A DNA stretch of 64,000 bases from Octopus sinensis (GCF_006345805.1 NC_042998.1:159588001-159652000); one strand, 5' to 3'; counted from the stretch's first letter, positions 39,488 to 52,675 are shown. Notes: generated by a model from the letters alone, not told the origin. Translations and numbers: made by a program.

Positions 39488-40104
39488 GCAACTTATTAGG
39501 GTTTTTTTCAAAGTTGTATGGTTTGAAGGATATTTAACTGCAGTTTCTAGCAGATCAAAGGTTCATGTAAAAGTTTGCTCACTGATTCACACAGAGATTC
39601 CCTTGTTGTCTCAGCAAACACCTAATTTTTGGTTCATGACACTTCAGCTCATAACGGCTAAAGGATTGCTGTAGAAACTCATGATAGCAAAAACAAAAGT
39701 TCAATAATTTTCCTTAGAACAATAGTTTTAGTTCCAAGACAGAAATTCTTCTGCCAAACAATTACCATCTAAAGGATGTTTGTTGGAATAAAACCAATTA
39801 AAAGCATGAGGTTAAACAGAGAGCCTTACAATATCAACATCCCCTGGAGAAATGCAGAAAAACTGAATTAGAGAATTTTCTTAATTAATCTTTACATTTT
39901 TTTATAGTGATTTTATCCCTGAGGCCGTTGTAGTGTAAGGGGACTACAAAGAATGGAAAAGAAGGGGTCTTACAAATTCAAGTGATATCAATTGACAGAA
40001 AGCTTAAATGACTGAATATCATAGCTCAGAGGAAAACAAGACAATGGTGGTGAGTTCCAGAGAGTAGCAGTTTGAGGGAAGTTTAAAGTTAGATTCTTTT
40101 CTTC

Positions 40105-40321
40105 TTTTATTTATTTCAATTATTTGATTGTGGCCATTTTGGAGCACCACCACGAAGGGTTTTAGTCAAACAAATTGACCCCAGGATTTATTCTTTGTAA
40201 GCCTAGTACTTATTCTATGAGTCTTTTTTGCCAAACCACTAAGTTATAGGGACATAAACATATCAGCATCAGTTGTCAAGTGATGGCATGGAGACAAACA
40301 CAGACACACACATACACGCAT

Positions 40322-40374
<53 letters not shown>

Positions 40375-40518
40375 ACAGGCTTCTTTCAGTTTCTGCCTAC
40401 CAAATCCACTCACAAGGCTAAAGTAGAAAACACTTGCCCATGATGCCACACAGTGGGACTGATCCCAGAAACATGTGTCTGGGAAGCAAGCTTCTTACCA
40501 CACAGCCATGCCTGCACC
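40105..40518 (-). mobile_element. SINE family A
   Basis: Tail, (CA)n and head with a small deletion. Confidence 0.85.
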
Positions 40519-40794
40519 TAGATTGAACATAAAATTTTCTATTCTTATTTCTAAAACCAATTATATACTGGATTTTATCTGGAAAAAAAACCCCATAATT
40601 CCAGAGAAATTTGTTGTTGTAAATTAAGGCAGTATTCAAAAGTGGCCCTATATGTTGATAACAAAGAATTACATTTACTTATATTGGAAACTAAATCCCA
40701 AATAATGCCAGATGAGTGGTTAAAGTTTTATTTACATAGAATACTTTCATGCTTGTCTTCTAGTAAGGGTAAACCTGCTAGTCTGTAATTTTAA

Positions 40795-41016
40795 CTCTTT
40801 AGAATTTCAAACCAACCATATCCAGCCTCAATATTCTATCTGTTTTATGTTTCAAATTGGTCAGATCTGGTCTCTGACACCTATCCTAGATAGTCAATCT
40901 GAAAATAAAGTTTCACATCATTGAAACCTCAAAGCTACAAAGTAATACAGGAGGAATCCAAAACTATGTGAATAAACAAACATAACATTTGACAGAGTAA
41001 TCTGAATGCTAAAGAG
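40795..41016. mobile_element. piggyBac-type MITE (second family), degenerate
   Basis: ttaa|ctctttagaatt ... aatgctaaagag|ctaa; same body as 55255..55808 and 35335..35540. Confidence 0.55.
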
Positions 41017-41045
41017 CTAAAGTAATATCTAGAAAATTTACTGTA

Positions 41046-41440
41046 CTAAGTTTCCATTGCAGTCTTTGAGCTCATGCCACTGAAAAAGTTAATTAAATCT
41101 TTCCTAATTTTATTTGATTCATGTCCATTTATATTCAGAGAGTTGAACAATCCATCATCCCTGTAAATATGCCTTATTTTCTGTGCAGAATATCCAGAAC
41201 ATAAGGATGCCATTATCATGCTCAGCTCAATGCCATCAAACACACCTATGGATACATTAAACAACTCATCACTAGCAGGCAAGAAGACATTAATATCTGA
41301 ATCACTTATTGGCATAAATGTTTTAGTAAATGCTAAAGATTTTAGAAATATTATTATAGGGGTAATGTAGAGATAATACAGAGAAAATATTAAAAGGATA
41401 AGAGTCAATGACATCAAACTAATATTACTAAACTATTTGA
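41046..41440 (-). mobile_element. Penelope-like element RT fragment
   Basis: FNVSIGVFDGIEL...IYRDDGL...NGHESNKIRKDLINFF matches PLE-type RT motifs. Confidence 0.75.
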
Positions 41441-41902
41441 TAACCAATGTGCTCATAAAGAGAGCACTGTAACATTTTATGCTAAACTGAATCTAAATGG
41501 GTTTATTAACTATTCCCTTCTGTTTTAACTGGTTTAATAAGACAACATTTAGAGCAATTAAGAGAATTAAGTTTATGGTCTTTAAAGGGGATAAAAGGCA
41601 GGCATGCAACTGAGATAATACACATGCCATACATATGCATACGAGTGTACTCTTCGTTTGTTGATAGGTTCAGCAAAATATTAGCACCTGATAAAATTTG
41701 AAAGTTACTAATATTTTACTTTATATATATTTTCTATTGTATCTTATTTGCAACAAACAACTTAATTTTCATGCTGGGACCAAAATATCTACTTTGACTT
41801 AAATCAACCTGTTGCCATCTGACCTGATTATTGGTGGGTAAGAGGTGATGGGTATGTTCCTGTCAGCATGAATTGAAATCATAATTTACTATCTTAATTC
41901 TA

Positions 41903-42335
41903 TACTGGGGTGTTCGGAATGTAATTGCATTTTACCAGAAAGGTTATAAAAACAAATGTAAAGTACATTTATCTGAATAGTTTTAATCAAGAATGTAATC
42001 ACCATTATTTTTAATGACTGCAGCCCAATAGAAAAGTAACTTTTTTATGTCCCATTCAAAGTAACCTATTCTTTTTCCTGAAAAAAGTCTGAAGGACCAT
42101 TTCCAACTTCCTTTCTGTTTCTGAATATTTTATCTCTTATAAAATGTTCTCGTGATTGGAGCAGATGGAAATCCATAGGTGCTAAGTCAGTTAAGTATGG
42201 AGAATATAGAAGAATTTCCCAACCTAATAATCCTATTTTTTTCTTATGTTTGTTTTGAAGTGTGTGGCCATGCATTGTGAATCTGGAGAACAACAGCTTT
42301 TTGTTTACCAAAGCTGGCCACTTTCGATGTAATTT
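41903..42335 (-). mobile_element. Mariner remnant (catalytic C-terminal part)
   Basis: KWPALVNKK...LGWEILLYSPYLTDLAPMDFHLLQS..HFIRDKIFRN within ORF 42066..42635. Confidence 0.75.
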
Positions 42336-42527
42336 TTCATAGACAGACAGGCTGATAGATAAACAGAAAGCTAGATAGAAGGGTACATACATATATAGAT
42401 ATATCCATATATATACATCTATACACACACACACATAGACATATGCGCGCACACACACATAGACATATGCGCGCACACACACACACCACACACACACACA
42501 CCACACACACATATATATATATATTAT

Positions 42528-42563
<36 letters not shown>

Positions 42564-43777
42564 CAGGGGTTGGACAAAATAATGGAAACATCTTAAAATT
42601 TCAAACAAATTTATTTTAATATGGGGTAGGACCACCTTCTATGAGGTATGGACGCATACAAAGTTTAAATTGTTTCCAGAGGAATTTTTGTCTAGTCTTC
42701 AGCGAAAACAGTCTCCAGTTCTTGTAGTGATGATGGTGGAGGATATTGACTCTTTATTTGTTTTTTCTAAAATGCACCATAAATGTTCAATAATATTGAG
42801 ATCTGGGGACTATGATAACCAGATAAGATGTTCAACTTCAATAGAATGTTCCTCATGCCATTCAGTAACAACTTTAGCTGTGTGAATTGGTGAATTATCA
42901 TCCTGAAAGATTGCGTTTCCCTCCAGAAACAGTTCTGCAACCATAGGATGAATTTGATCAGATAAAATGCTTAGATAGTTTGACTATCAATTCTGCCATG
43001 AAGGGAAACCAATTGGGCCAGCAGATTTCCAAGATATAGCCCCCCTGATCATCACAGATTCTCCTCCATGTTTAACAGCTGGAAGAAGGCAGTGTGGGTC
43101 AAATGCTTCTTTTGGCTGTCTCCACATGTATACTCAGCCAGTGGTCAGAAATAAGGCAAAGGATGACTTGTCCAAGAAAATAACATTCTTCTACTGCTCT
43201 AGGGGCCAATTCTGTAGGTTTTTACTCCACTCTAAACACTTTGCAACGTTTGTTTTTGAAAGTAGTGGTTTTCTGATTTCAGCCCTCCTGTGAAATCTGG
43301 CTTTTTGCAGCTCCCGGTGAACAGTTTTTGTGAAAAGTGAGTTCTTGAGGTGGTCATTAAGCACTGCAGTAATTTTAGGAGCTGTACTTTTGTGATCCTT
43401 TCTAACATAAGAGTCCAACGTCCCTACCTGAAAGTTTTGGTTTTCTTCCGGAGTTTTGTTTTGATGAGGAGGTTTTCCCTCTTTCTCAAAGGCTGTCATT
43501 ACTTTTGAGACAGTACTACTGATACACCAAACATTTCGGCTGTTTACGTTATACTAGTGTCTACCATCAAGCACCAACAATATAACCTCTTTGAAAGTCC
43601 AATAGATCTGCCCTTTTGATGAATCTTAATTACTTTTTTCTTATGATATCTGAAAAGAAACAGCAATTTTAGCAAAACATTAAGCAACACTAATATTAAA
43701 TAAAAAAACATAAAAATAAACACTCTTTTGACGGTTTTATTGATGCTAGGAGTTTCCATTATTTTGTCCAACCCTTG
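42564..43777 (-). mobile_element. Tc1-like transposon (~1.21 kb) with degenerate transposase
   Basis: 26-bp TIRs CA(G/A)GGGTTGGACAAAATAATGGAAAC at 42564 and 43752..43777; TA on the left; HTH region KDHKSTAPKITA...RKPLLSKTN and VIFLDKSSF. Confidence 0.9.
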
Positions 43778-43789
43778 TTACCTGTGCCT

Positions 43790-44099
43790 AGCAGTGTTTA
43801 GGCATAAGTGAACTTTAGGCTAGTTCGAATATGTTTGTGACATATTTCAACTTCTAAAGGAAAATTCACTGCAGTTACCATGGAGATGCTGTGTTTCTAA
43901 CTTTTTAGCCATTATCAATGGGGAATACTTTTGATAACAGCTAAAAAGCTAGAAGCAGTGGAATCTGAAAAGGGTCAAAACTGGACAGGTATGGTATTTT
44001 TACAGCTTTGGCAGTAAGAGATAATTTTTTCTCCATGGCAAATGCAGTGCATTTGCCTTAAGAAGTTGATATACATCTCAAATATATTTTAACTAACCT
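43790..44099. mobile_element. MITE-like element with ~70-bp inverted arms
   Basis: 43817..43886 is the reverse complement of 44030..44099; a lone related arm lies at ~15893..16010. Confidence 0.7.
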
Positions 44100-45350
44100 T
44101 AAATCCTTTCATATATGTACATATGCAAACACACACACACACACACTTATATATATGAATACATATATTTATGTATCTGCATACATGTGCATATGTTGTA
44201 TGTGTGCATGTGAACATACACACATGCATATGATTGTGTCTGGCTGTATTTGCATGTTTATGGACACAAAGTAATGTGTGTGTGTGTGTGTGTGCATGTA
44301 TAAATCTGTTGTAATACATCTGTAACTGAGCTGTAATTCAAGCATTAAGTCAACAGTAAATTGAATTTTGTTATTGGTGTATATAGATTAGAATAATGAA
44401 TATGAGTCACACCATTTGATTATCGAAATATCTGCCAGTTAATTAGAATGTGAGATTTGGGTGGAAAAGAAAAAATAACAGAAAGAATTACAAGGAAATA
44501 TAACAGCAGTGAATAATGAGAAAGTAATTACTATATCAGAATTGCAATTAAATTAATTTACTTTTCAATTAAGAGTAACGATTTAAATGCCTAAGCATCT
44601 GTTTCAAAGCTGTGTACTTTTTGTCTCAAATCTAAATGCTTTGATTTCATAAATTAACTGCTGAACTGTAATTCACTGTTCAATGCAATTTATATAAACG
44701 TTATAATCCAATGAAGTGGATTCAATTTGGACAGTTTGATACCAATGCAATTCTATTCTTAAATAAACAAAGCAGTATATCTAAACTATAAAAAGGAAAT
44801 TTTATTATATACCCAGTTTATATTTGTGTGCGTGTGTGTCATTATATCTGTGTTTGTTCCCCCAAACCACTTGACAAGCAGTGTTGGTGTGTTTACATCC
44901 CTGTAACTTAGTAATTTGGCAAAGAGAGAGTGATAGAATAAGTACCAGGCTTTAAAAAAATGCCTTGGGGTTGATTTGTTCAACTATAACTCCTCAAGGC
45001 AGTACCCCAGTATCGCTGTAGTCAAATGACTGAAACAAGTAAATGAATAAAAGAATACATACATATGTGTGAGTGTGTGTGTGTGTGTGTGTGTGTAGGG
45101 CAGGTATAAATGGATAGAGAAATTTGAAGAATTATTTAGGTCCCATAGAATAATGCCTGTTGTATTTACAGAAGATGTAAGATGTAGGTTCAAGTATCAT
45201 GGGCAGTTTTCAACACTTTCTATCCATAAAGATCTTTCAACCCAATATTTACATGCTATTATTTATAGCTGTATATGCTTTGAGAACCATTATTCAAAAA
45301 AGAATTATTTCACATTCTCTTAAAAGTTTATAAAAATTCTTATAATGTCT

Positions 45351-45407
<57 letters not shown>

Positions 45408-46470
45408 GCTTCACTACCTCATCCCATGTCTTACTGGGTCTCCCTCTGTCCAGATTCCTTCCACTGTTTGGGAGTGGCATTTTTTCATGCTGCTCTCCTC
45501 ATCCATCTACAATACATATCCATACCAATGCAAGCATCTCTCTTGCACACCACATCCGATGCTTCTTATGTTTAACATTTCTCTCACCATGCTTACACTC
45601 TGTCATGTGTGCACACTGACATTATACATCCAGCGGATCATTCTAGCTTCATTACTTTCGAGCCTATGCATGTCTTTAGCAGTCATGGCCCATGTTTCAT
45701 TGCCATGAAGCATGACAGTTCACACACATGCATCATACAATCTACCTTTCACTCTGAGTGAGAGGCCATTTGTCACCAGTAGGGTTAGAAGCTTTCTAAA
45801 CTTTGCCCAGGTATTCTTATTCTAATGGTAACACTCTCTGAGCATCCACCCTCATTACAAACTTGGTCACCTAGGTAGCAGAAGCTATCAACAACTGCTA
45901 GTTTCTTCCCCTGGCATGTGATGGAATCTGTTTTCTGAGCATCTGTGGTGTTTATTGCCCCTGTGCATCTGCTGCACACAAAAGCTATCTTCCGGTTAAT
46001 CTTCCTTTGATGTTGCTGCACCTCTTATGTGCCCATAGCTTGCACTGGGTACATCATATGGAGTTTCTACCAACACCTTTTCTACAGATTGAGCGGGGCC
46101 ACCTACCTGAAGGGGTGTGTGATGTGTTTGCCTTCCTACTTACTAGAACTTTGGTCTTTGCAACATTGACTCTAAGGCCCTTCGATTCTAAACCTTGTTC
46201 TGGTAGTGATTCTGCTATGAGGGCCAGGTCATCAGCATAGAGGAGCTCCCAGGAGCAACCTGTCTTGAATTCTTCTGTTATTGCCTGGAGGACTATGATG
46301 AATAAGAGGAGGCTGAGGGCTGAACCTTGGTGAACCCCTACTTCTACCTGAAATTCTTCACTATACTCATTGCCAATCCTAACCCTACAAATGGCATCTC
46401 TGTATAGGGCCTGTACAGCCCTTATTAACCATTCATCAATCCCCAGTTTCCGCATAACCCATCAGATAGT
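45408..46470 (-). mobile_element. RTE RT/PHD/thumb fragment, copy 1
   Basis: GVHQGSALSLLLF, LLYADDL, SICRKGVGRNSI*CTQC..HKRC..CSRC. Confidence 0.9.
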
Positions 46471-46603
46471 TGTTGTGAATTCATTGGGTTGCATATTTAC
46501 AAGTTTATGCATATATTTATACACAACCAACTATAACCCACAAATAAACGATATTTATCCACCAATGCAAAGTTGATCACTCATTTTCATTGTTTGATAT
46601 TAC

Positions 46604-46649
<46 letters not shown>

Positions 46650-47715
46650 GCTTCACTACCTCATCCCATGTCTTACTGGGTCTCCCTCTGTCCAGATTCC
46701 TTCCACTGTTTGGGAGTGGCATTTTTTCATGCTGCTCTCCTCATCCATCTACAATACATATCCATACCAATGCAAGCATCTCTCTTGCACACCACATCCG
46801 ATGCTTCTTATGTTTAACATTTCTCTCACCATGCTTACACTCTGTCATGTGTGCACACTGACATTATACATCCAGCGGATCATTCTAGCTTCATTACTTT
46901 CGAGCCTATGCATGTCTTTAGCAGTCATGGCCCATGTTTCATTGCCATGAAGCATGACAGTTCACACACATGCATCATACAATCTACCTTTCACTCTGAG
47001 TGAGAGGCCATTTGTCACCAGTAGGGTTAGAAGCTTTCTAAACTTTGCCCAGGGTATTCTTATTCTAATGGTAACACTCTCTGAGCATCCACCCTCATTA
47101 CAAACTTGGTCACCTAGGTAGCAGAAGCTATCAACAACTGCTAGTTTCTTCCCCTGGCATGTGATGGAATCTGTTTTCTGAGCATCTGTGGTGTTTATTG
47201 CCCCTGTGCATCTGCTGCACACAAAAGCTATCTTCCCGGTTAATCTTCCTTTGATGTTGCTGCACCTCTTATGTGCCCATAGCTTGCACTGGGTACATCA
47301 TATGGAGTTTCTACCAACACCTTTTCTGCAGATTGAGCGGGGCCACCTACCTGAAGGGGTGTGTGATGTGTTTGCCTTCCTACTTACTAGAACTTTGGTC
47401 TTTGCAACATTGACTCTAAGGCCCTTCGATTCTAAACCTTGTTCTGGTAGTGATTCTGCTATGAGGGCCAGGTCATCAGCATAGAGGAGCTCCCAGGAGC
47501 AACCTGTCTTGAATTCTTCTGTTATTGCCTGGAGGACTATGATGAATAAGAGGAGGCTGAGGGCTGAACCTTGGTGAACCCCTACTTCTACCTGAAATTC
47601 TTCACTATACTCATTGCCAATCCTAACCCTACAAATGGCATCTCTGTATAGGGCCTGTACAGCCCTTATTAACCATTCATCAATCCCCAGTTTCCGCATA
47701 ACCCATCAGATAGTT
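46650..47715 (-). mobile_element. RTE RT/PHD/thumb fragment, copy 2
   Basis: Duplicate of copy 1. Confidence 0.9.
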
Positions 47716-47843
47716 GTTGTGAATTCATTGGGTTGCATATTTACAAGTTTATGCATATATTATACACAACCAACTATAACCCACAAATAAACGATATTTA
47801 TCCACCAATGCAAAGTTGATCACTCATTTTCATTGTTTGATAT

Positions 47844-47909
<66 letters not shown>

Positions 47910-48158
47910 CACACACATACATATATATAAGTAATGTTTATTGCCACGTGAACATGTCTGTTCCATTGGTACTGATGTTACTACCATTTTAACCCCAGAA
48001 GGACATCTCCTCCAGCTGGTTATTGAAAGCAACCTGCACATGATATATACCATCTTCCATGTTGACATGGTGATAAACATTACTTCTCTGTATAGTTACT
48101 ACTTTTATCTCTTATCTATCTATCTATCTAGCTATATATATATATATGTATATATACA

Positions 48159-48812
48159 CAGGGTGTCTCAAAAGTCACTGATGGGTTTCAATTTTTAATA
48201 ACTTCCTTAACTTTACAAATAAATGCATGGAATTTTGATACAATATAAAGGACATAACGGAAATTAATATGCATCAGTGTCTCTGGTCTGTTGACATAAA
48301 CCTTCTCTTTCTGATATTCTCACAAGAAAAAATCCAGGTTAGTCAAGTCTGGGGAATGTGAAGGCCAGTTGACATTGCCATAGTGGGAGATTAATCTCTC
48401 TCCAAAGCAGTGCCGTAACAACTGCATTGTTTCTCTTGTGATATGAGCAGTTGTCCCATGTTGCTGGAACCATGTGTGAGATCTACTTTGAATGGCCTTC
48501 ATGTTCCCCAGACTTGACTAGCCCTGGTGCAACTAAGGAGAACATCAATAGAGAAATCAGAGAAGTGGGGTCTGAAACTCTTGAGGGTGTTATGGTGCAA
48601 GTTTTGGAAAGAGCATGGGCGTGCAAAGCCAAAATTGGTTGCCGTTTAAGCGATGTCATTTTTCATGTGATGTAGTGGTGCTGCAAAATTTGTCTAGTGC
48701 ATATTTATTTCCATTATGTCCTTTATATTGTATCAAACTTTCATGCATTTATTTGTAAAATTAAGGAAGTTATTAAAAACTGAAACCCATCAGTTACTTT
48801 TGGGACACCCTG
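48159..48812. mobile_element. Non-autonomous Tc1/mariner-superfamily element (654 bp) with ~115-bp TIRs
   Basis: TIRs begin CAGGGTGTC(T/C)CAAAAGT; TA on the right; internal transposase scraps WFQQHG..AH, WPSHSPDLT.LDFFL and KENINREI. Confidence 0.88.
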
Positions 48813-48818
48813 TATGTA

Positions 48819-50997
48819 CAAACCTAGGCACCAAACCATTAATCTGTTAATCATTAATTAATGGAGTTAATATTTTCATAAATGATTTAATTTTTAAGCT
48901 AACTTTGGAAATCATTATCACACTTATAAACTTCCATTACATTTAACTTCTGTTACTCAGTTAATTCTTTAAAAATGTAAAGGAAGTTATCAATAAAACA
49001 TTAAAGTTAATTTTTATTATAGAAAAAAGCAAAAAATCAGTTTTTACTCTAAAACTACTTTCTAAAATTTGCTAATTCTCCATTATTTTATTTCCAGATC
49101 ACGTCACTTGTGGCCAAAGTGCTTGACAAGATCCAGGGGAAAGAACAAGCCTACCTTGGGACTCTGTTGCCAACCTTTAAAGAGTGCCAAAACTATAAAA
49201 TCAGCCTTTTTTGGCTTTTTCAAGGGTTTTAGAACCCCAAAACTATGGGTTTTTTTATTTTTTACTTTAGAGTTAAAAAATGTTGATTTTATAGTTTTAA
49301 ATTTTAAAAGACCTAAAAAGGGCTGATTTCATAGTTTGAGCCCTTTTTAGGTTTCTAAAAGCTTTTAGAGCCAGAAAAGGGTAAAAAGAGTGCAGTGTTC
49401 AAGCGGCCCTACAGGACCATCATGGTCAAGGCACATGCCATCTGGAACCAGCAAGATCGCAGCACTGTAGCAGCAAACAGCATCTATGCTGGGGTGGGGA
49501 GGAGGCTGGCTGTCCCCAACATGACAAGGTGGAACTCCACCTATGACTCTGTGGTGGTCATCAACACCATCCTGGAGACTAAGAGGCTTGTTCTCCACAC
49601 AGTCATTATTCAGTTGAAGTTCAACAGCTTCAACAACCAGGATGTTGACTTAATGAAGGAGTGTGCCAAGGTAATAAATTAATAATAAAATGATATTTGA
49701 TAACATTTGATTTGACAGTATATATTTTACTAGTTTGTTTCCCAACAAATTTGAATTTCTAGAATTTGCTAATTTTCCATTATTTTATTTCCAGGTCATG
49801 TCACTTGTGGCCAAAGGGCTCGACAAGATCCAAGGGAAGGAACAAGCCTACTTTGGGACTCTGCTGCCAACAGTTGTCGCAACGATATTTAGGCTCGTCT
49901 ACTACAGCCCCTTGGTCAATGCACTTTTGGCAGGCATTGATAAAAGGATGATGACGAGTGTCGTCCTGGAGGATGAGGAATGTCAACTGATTGCTGCCTT
50001 CCACCCCAGGTTTCACCTCATCTGGTTGGATAAGTATGAAAACACCAAGGTTGCCAAGGCGAGGAAAGCATGGAGGGTAAGGTCAAGGAGGTCATGAGAC
50101 TGCAATCTGATGAAGTGAGCAGCAACAGTGGAGGCAGCAACACTGAAGAAGAGGAGGATGATTTCTTCAGTGGTGTCACCCAGCCAAAGGAGAGCAGCAG
50201 GAGCCACAAGTCACTCAAGGACAACGCCCAGAATTTGGTCAAGACCTGGTTGGTGACCAGCTTCACGGATTTGCTAACAGATGCTGCCTTCTTGGGTGAG
50301 CAAGTGTTGGTGGACTTGTTCATGAAGTTCAAAACAGCCATCCCTCCAGTGCTGCAGTGGAGCATTTGTTCTTTATGGGCAAGGACATCTTGAGGGCTAA
50401 GAGATCATCCCTGTCTGATGAAAACTTTGACATGCTAATTTTCATGAAGGGCAACATGCATCTCATGAACAAAATGAGAATGAGAAGAGAAAATATTAAA
50501 TTATGTATATCTCATGCTTTTCATGTTTTTATTTTTTATTTTTTTATGGCTACTTTATCAATAGATTTTTTTAGTTTAATACTAATATTGTATTTCATGT
50601 GTGTTTCTTTTTCCCCTTCTCTGGCTCTAAAAGCCTTTAAAAACGTAAAAAGGGCCAAAACTATGAAATCAAACCTTTTATGTCTTTTAAAGGTTAAAAC
50701 TAAAAAATCAGCATTTTTTAACTCCAAAGCAAAAAAAAACTATAGTTTTTGAGTTCTAAAGCACTTAAAAAAGCAAAAAAAAAGGCTGATTTTATAGTTT
50801 TGACACTTTTAAAAGGTGGTTTTTAGGTGGTTTTAGAGCAAAAACTGATATTTTGTTATTTTTATATAATAGAAATTAATGTTAATGGTTTATCGATAAC
50901 TTCCATTGCATTTTTAAAGAATTAACTGATTAACGGTTATCAAAGTTAATGTTTTGATTAACGAAGTTAACTTTCCAATTAACAGTGCCCACCTTTG
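48819..50997 (+). mobile_element. Rearranged hAT-family element with long inverted arms
   Basis: 48958..49055 inverted versus 50830..50928, and 49180..49381 versus 50601..50812; right end reverse-complements to CAAAGGTGGGCAC; internal hAT transposase remnant. Confidence 0.8.
49383..50480 (+). pseudogene. hAT transposase C-terminal half with a predicted GT-AG intron (49671..49794)
   Basis: TRWNSTYD, then VAKGLDKIQGKEQAYFGTLLP, an acidic linker, and the dimerization-domain motif TAIP....VEHLF..GKDIL..KRSSLSDENFDML.F.K.N; frameshifted. Confidence 0.85.
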
Positions 50998-51009
50998 TGT
51001 GTGGGTATG

Positions 51010-52560
51010 TATAATCAGACTGGTGAGTAAACACATCCTAAGAAGGTTAATAAAGACATAAGGAAGGTATCTAATTTCTCTTTATGGCGTAACACAATCG
51101 AAGTTGGTTTGAGATCAAACAAAGCACTTTTAGAGCTAAGTTCATACAATTTGATATAGTAGACTTTTATCCATTTATATTGAAAATGTTACTTGATAGG
51201 GCATTAGTATATGCTAGACAAATTACCGACATAAGTAATAGAGAGATAGATATAATTATGCACACTAGGAAAACCCTACTGTTCAACCAGGATTCAACCT
51301 GAGTCAAACAAACTGACCCTGAAGGCTCCTTCAACATCGTGATGGGGGCATACAACAGCGCTGATATTTGTGACCTTATAGGGTTTTATATTCTGGACAC
51401 CCTCTGTCCACTTCAGCTTATATAGAGATGATGCCTTAGCCATCTCCAGAGACACTAACAGCCATACTTTAGATAGGCTTAGAAAAGACATCATACACAC
51501 CCTCAATAACCTTGGCCTTCAAATCACCATAGAGTCTAACCTCACCGTGGCGAACTTCTAGGATGTCACACTTGATTTAGAGAGTGGCACCTACAGACCA
51601 TACCACAAACCGAATGATAGGCTATCATACATTAATACAGCCTCCTGTCACCCACCCATAGTGTTCAAAAACCTAATAAAAGGTATCAGTAAATGGATTT
51701 CGATCTTATCTTCAAATGAAGATATTTTTGACGTAGTGGCTCCCACTTACAATGAGGCACTAGTAGCCAGCAGATTCAAGGACCATGTTGTATGTACACC
51801 AGGATTGAGTAACCATAAAAGGAAATGCTACCACAAGACCTTATAGTTCACTCCCCCCCCTTCTCCCTAAACGTCTGGACATGCGTAGGCAAGACTTTTC
51901 TTAGGCTGGTTGATAAGCATTTCACACGATTACACAAATATAGAAAGATCTTTAACAGACATAATTTAAGAATTTTTTTCCGTTGTGCACCCATTGTTAA
52001 GAAAAAATTACTTAGCACTCCTAAACCACGGACAGTGGCAGGTTGTTCATGCAGGATTAGAAAGGAATGCCCAGTGGATGGTCAATGTAACACCTAGGCT
52101 ACATTGTACCAAGCAAAGGTAACCCCAAACAGAAGCAGCACAAATATCAGTAACATCAATGCCAGTACAGGGACACACTAAAATTTATGTCAGATCTTGT
52201 TAATCCAAATTTAAAATTCGCTTGAACAACCACAGATCTTCTTCCAGGGACCTGGAGAGACACAACACAATGACACTCATGGCATATGTATGGTGCCTAA
52301 AGGATGATCATATGCCCTTTAACATCAGGTAGAAATTATTGGAAATTTGTGGACCCTATCACAATGGAACTGGAAATTTTATTGGAAATTTGTGGACCCT
52401 ATCACAATGGTAGTGGAGACTATGTAAATTGTGTATGGCAGAAAGATATATAATCCTTATGAACTCACATGAGCTAAGAGGCTACCTGAACTCCAGGATA
52501 GAAGCTGTGGGGAGTTGTGCACATTTTTGGAAATTTTTAATTCAAAATTGGAAAACCTAG
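51010..52560 (+). mobile_element. Penelope-like element (RT + GIY-YIG endonuclease), degenerate
   Basis: AKFIQFDIVDFYP, FNIVMGAYNSADICDLIG, LYRDDAL (51418..); CSCRIRKECPVDGQC, FKIRLNNH, AYVWCLK, CKLCMAE. Confidence 0.9.
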
Positions 52561-52675
52561 CTATCAAGTGAAGGAAAACAACTTGCCCAGCCATAATTTT
52601 TTAAGAGGAATATTTCTTGAACTATCACCGGCATTCTTGTATTTTAAAAAAACATTCTTTGCAGAGAAGTTATCA

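Larger units (their letters stand above)
45345..47890. repeat. Tandem duplication of ~1243 bp bounded by (TA)n
   Basis: gcttcactacc at 45408 and 46650; tgtttgatattac at 46591 and 47834; near-identical. Confidence 0.95.

Noticed and set aside
42066-42635. Longest ORF outside the LINE (189 aa)
   Set aside because: A chance read-through of a Tc1 end, a TA/CA microsatellite and a mariner remnant.
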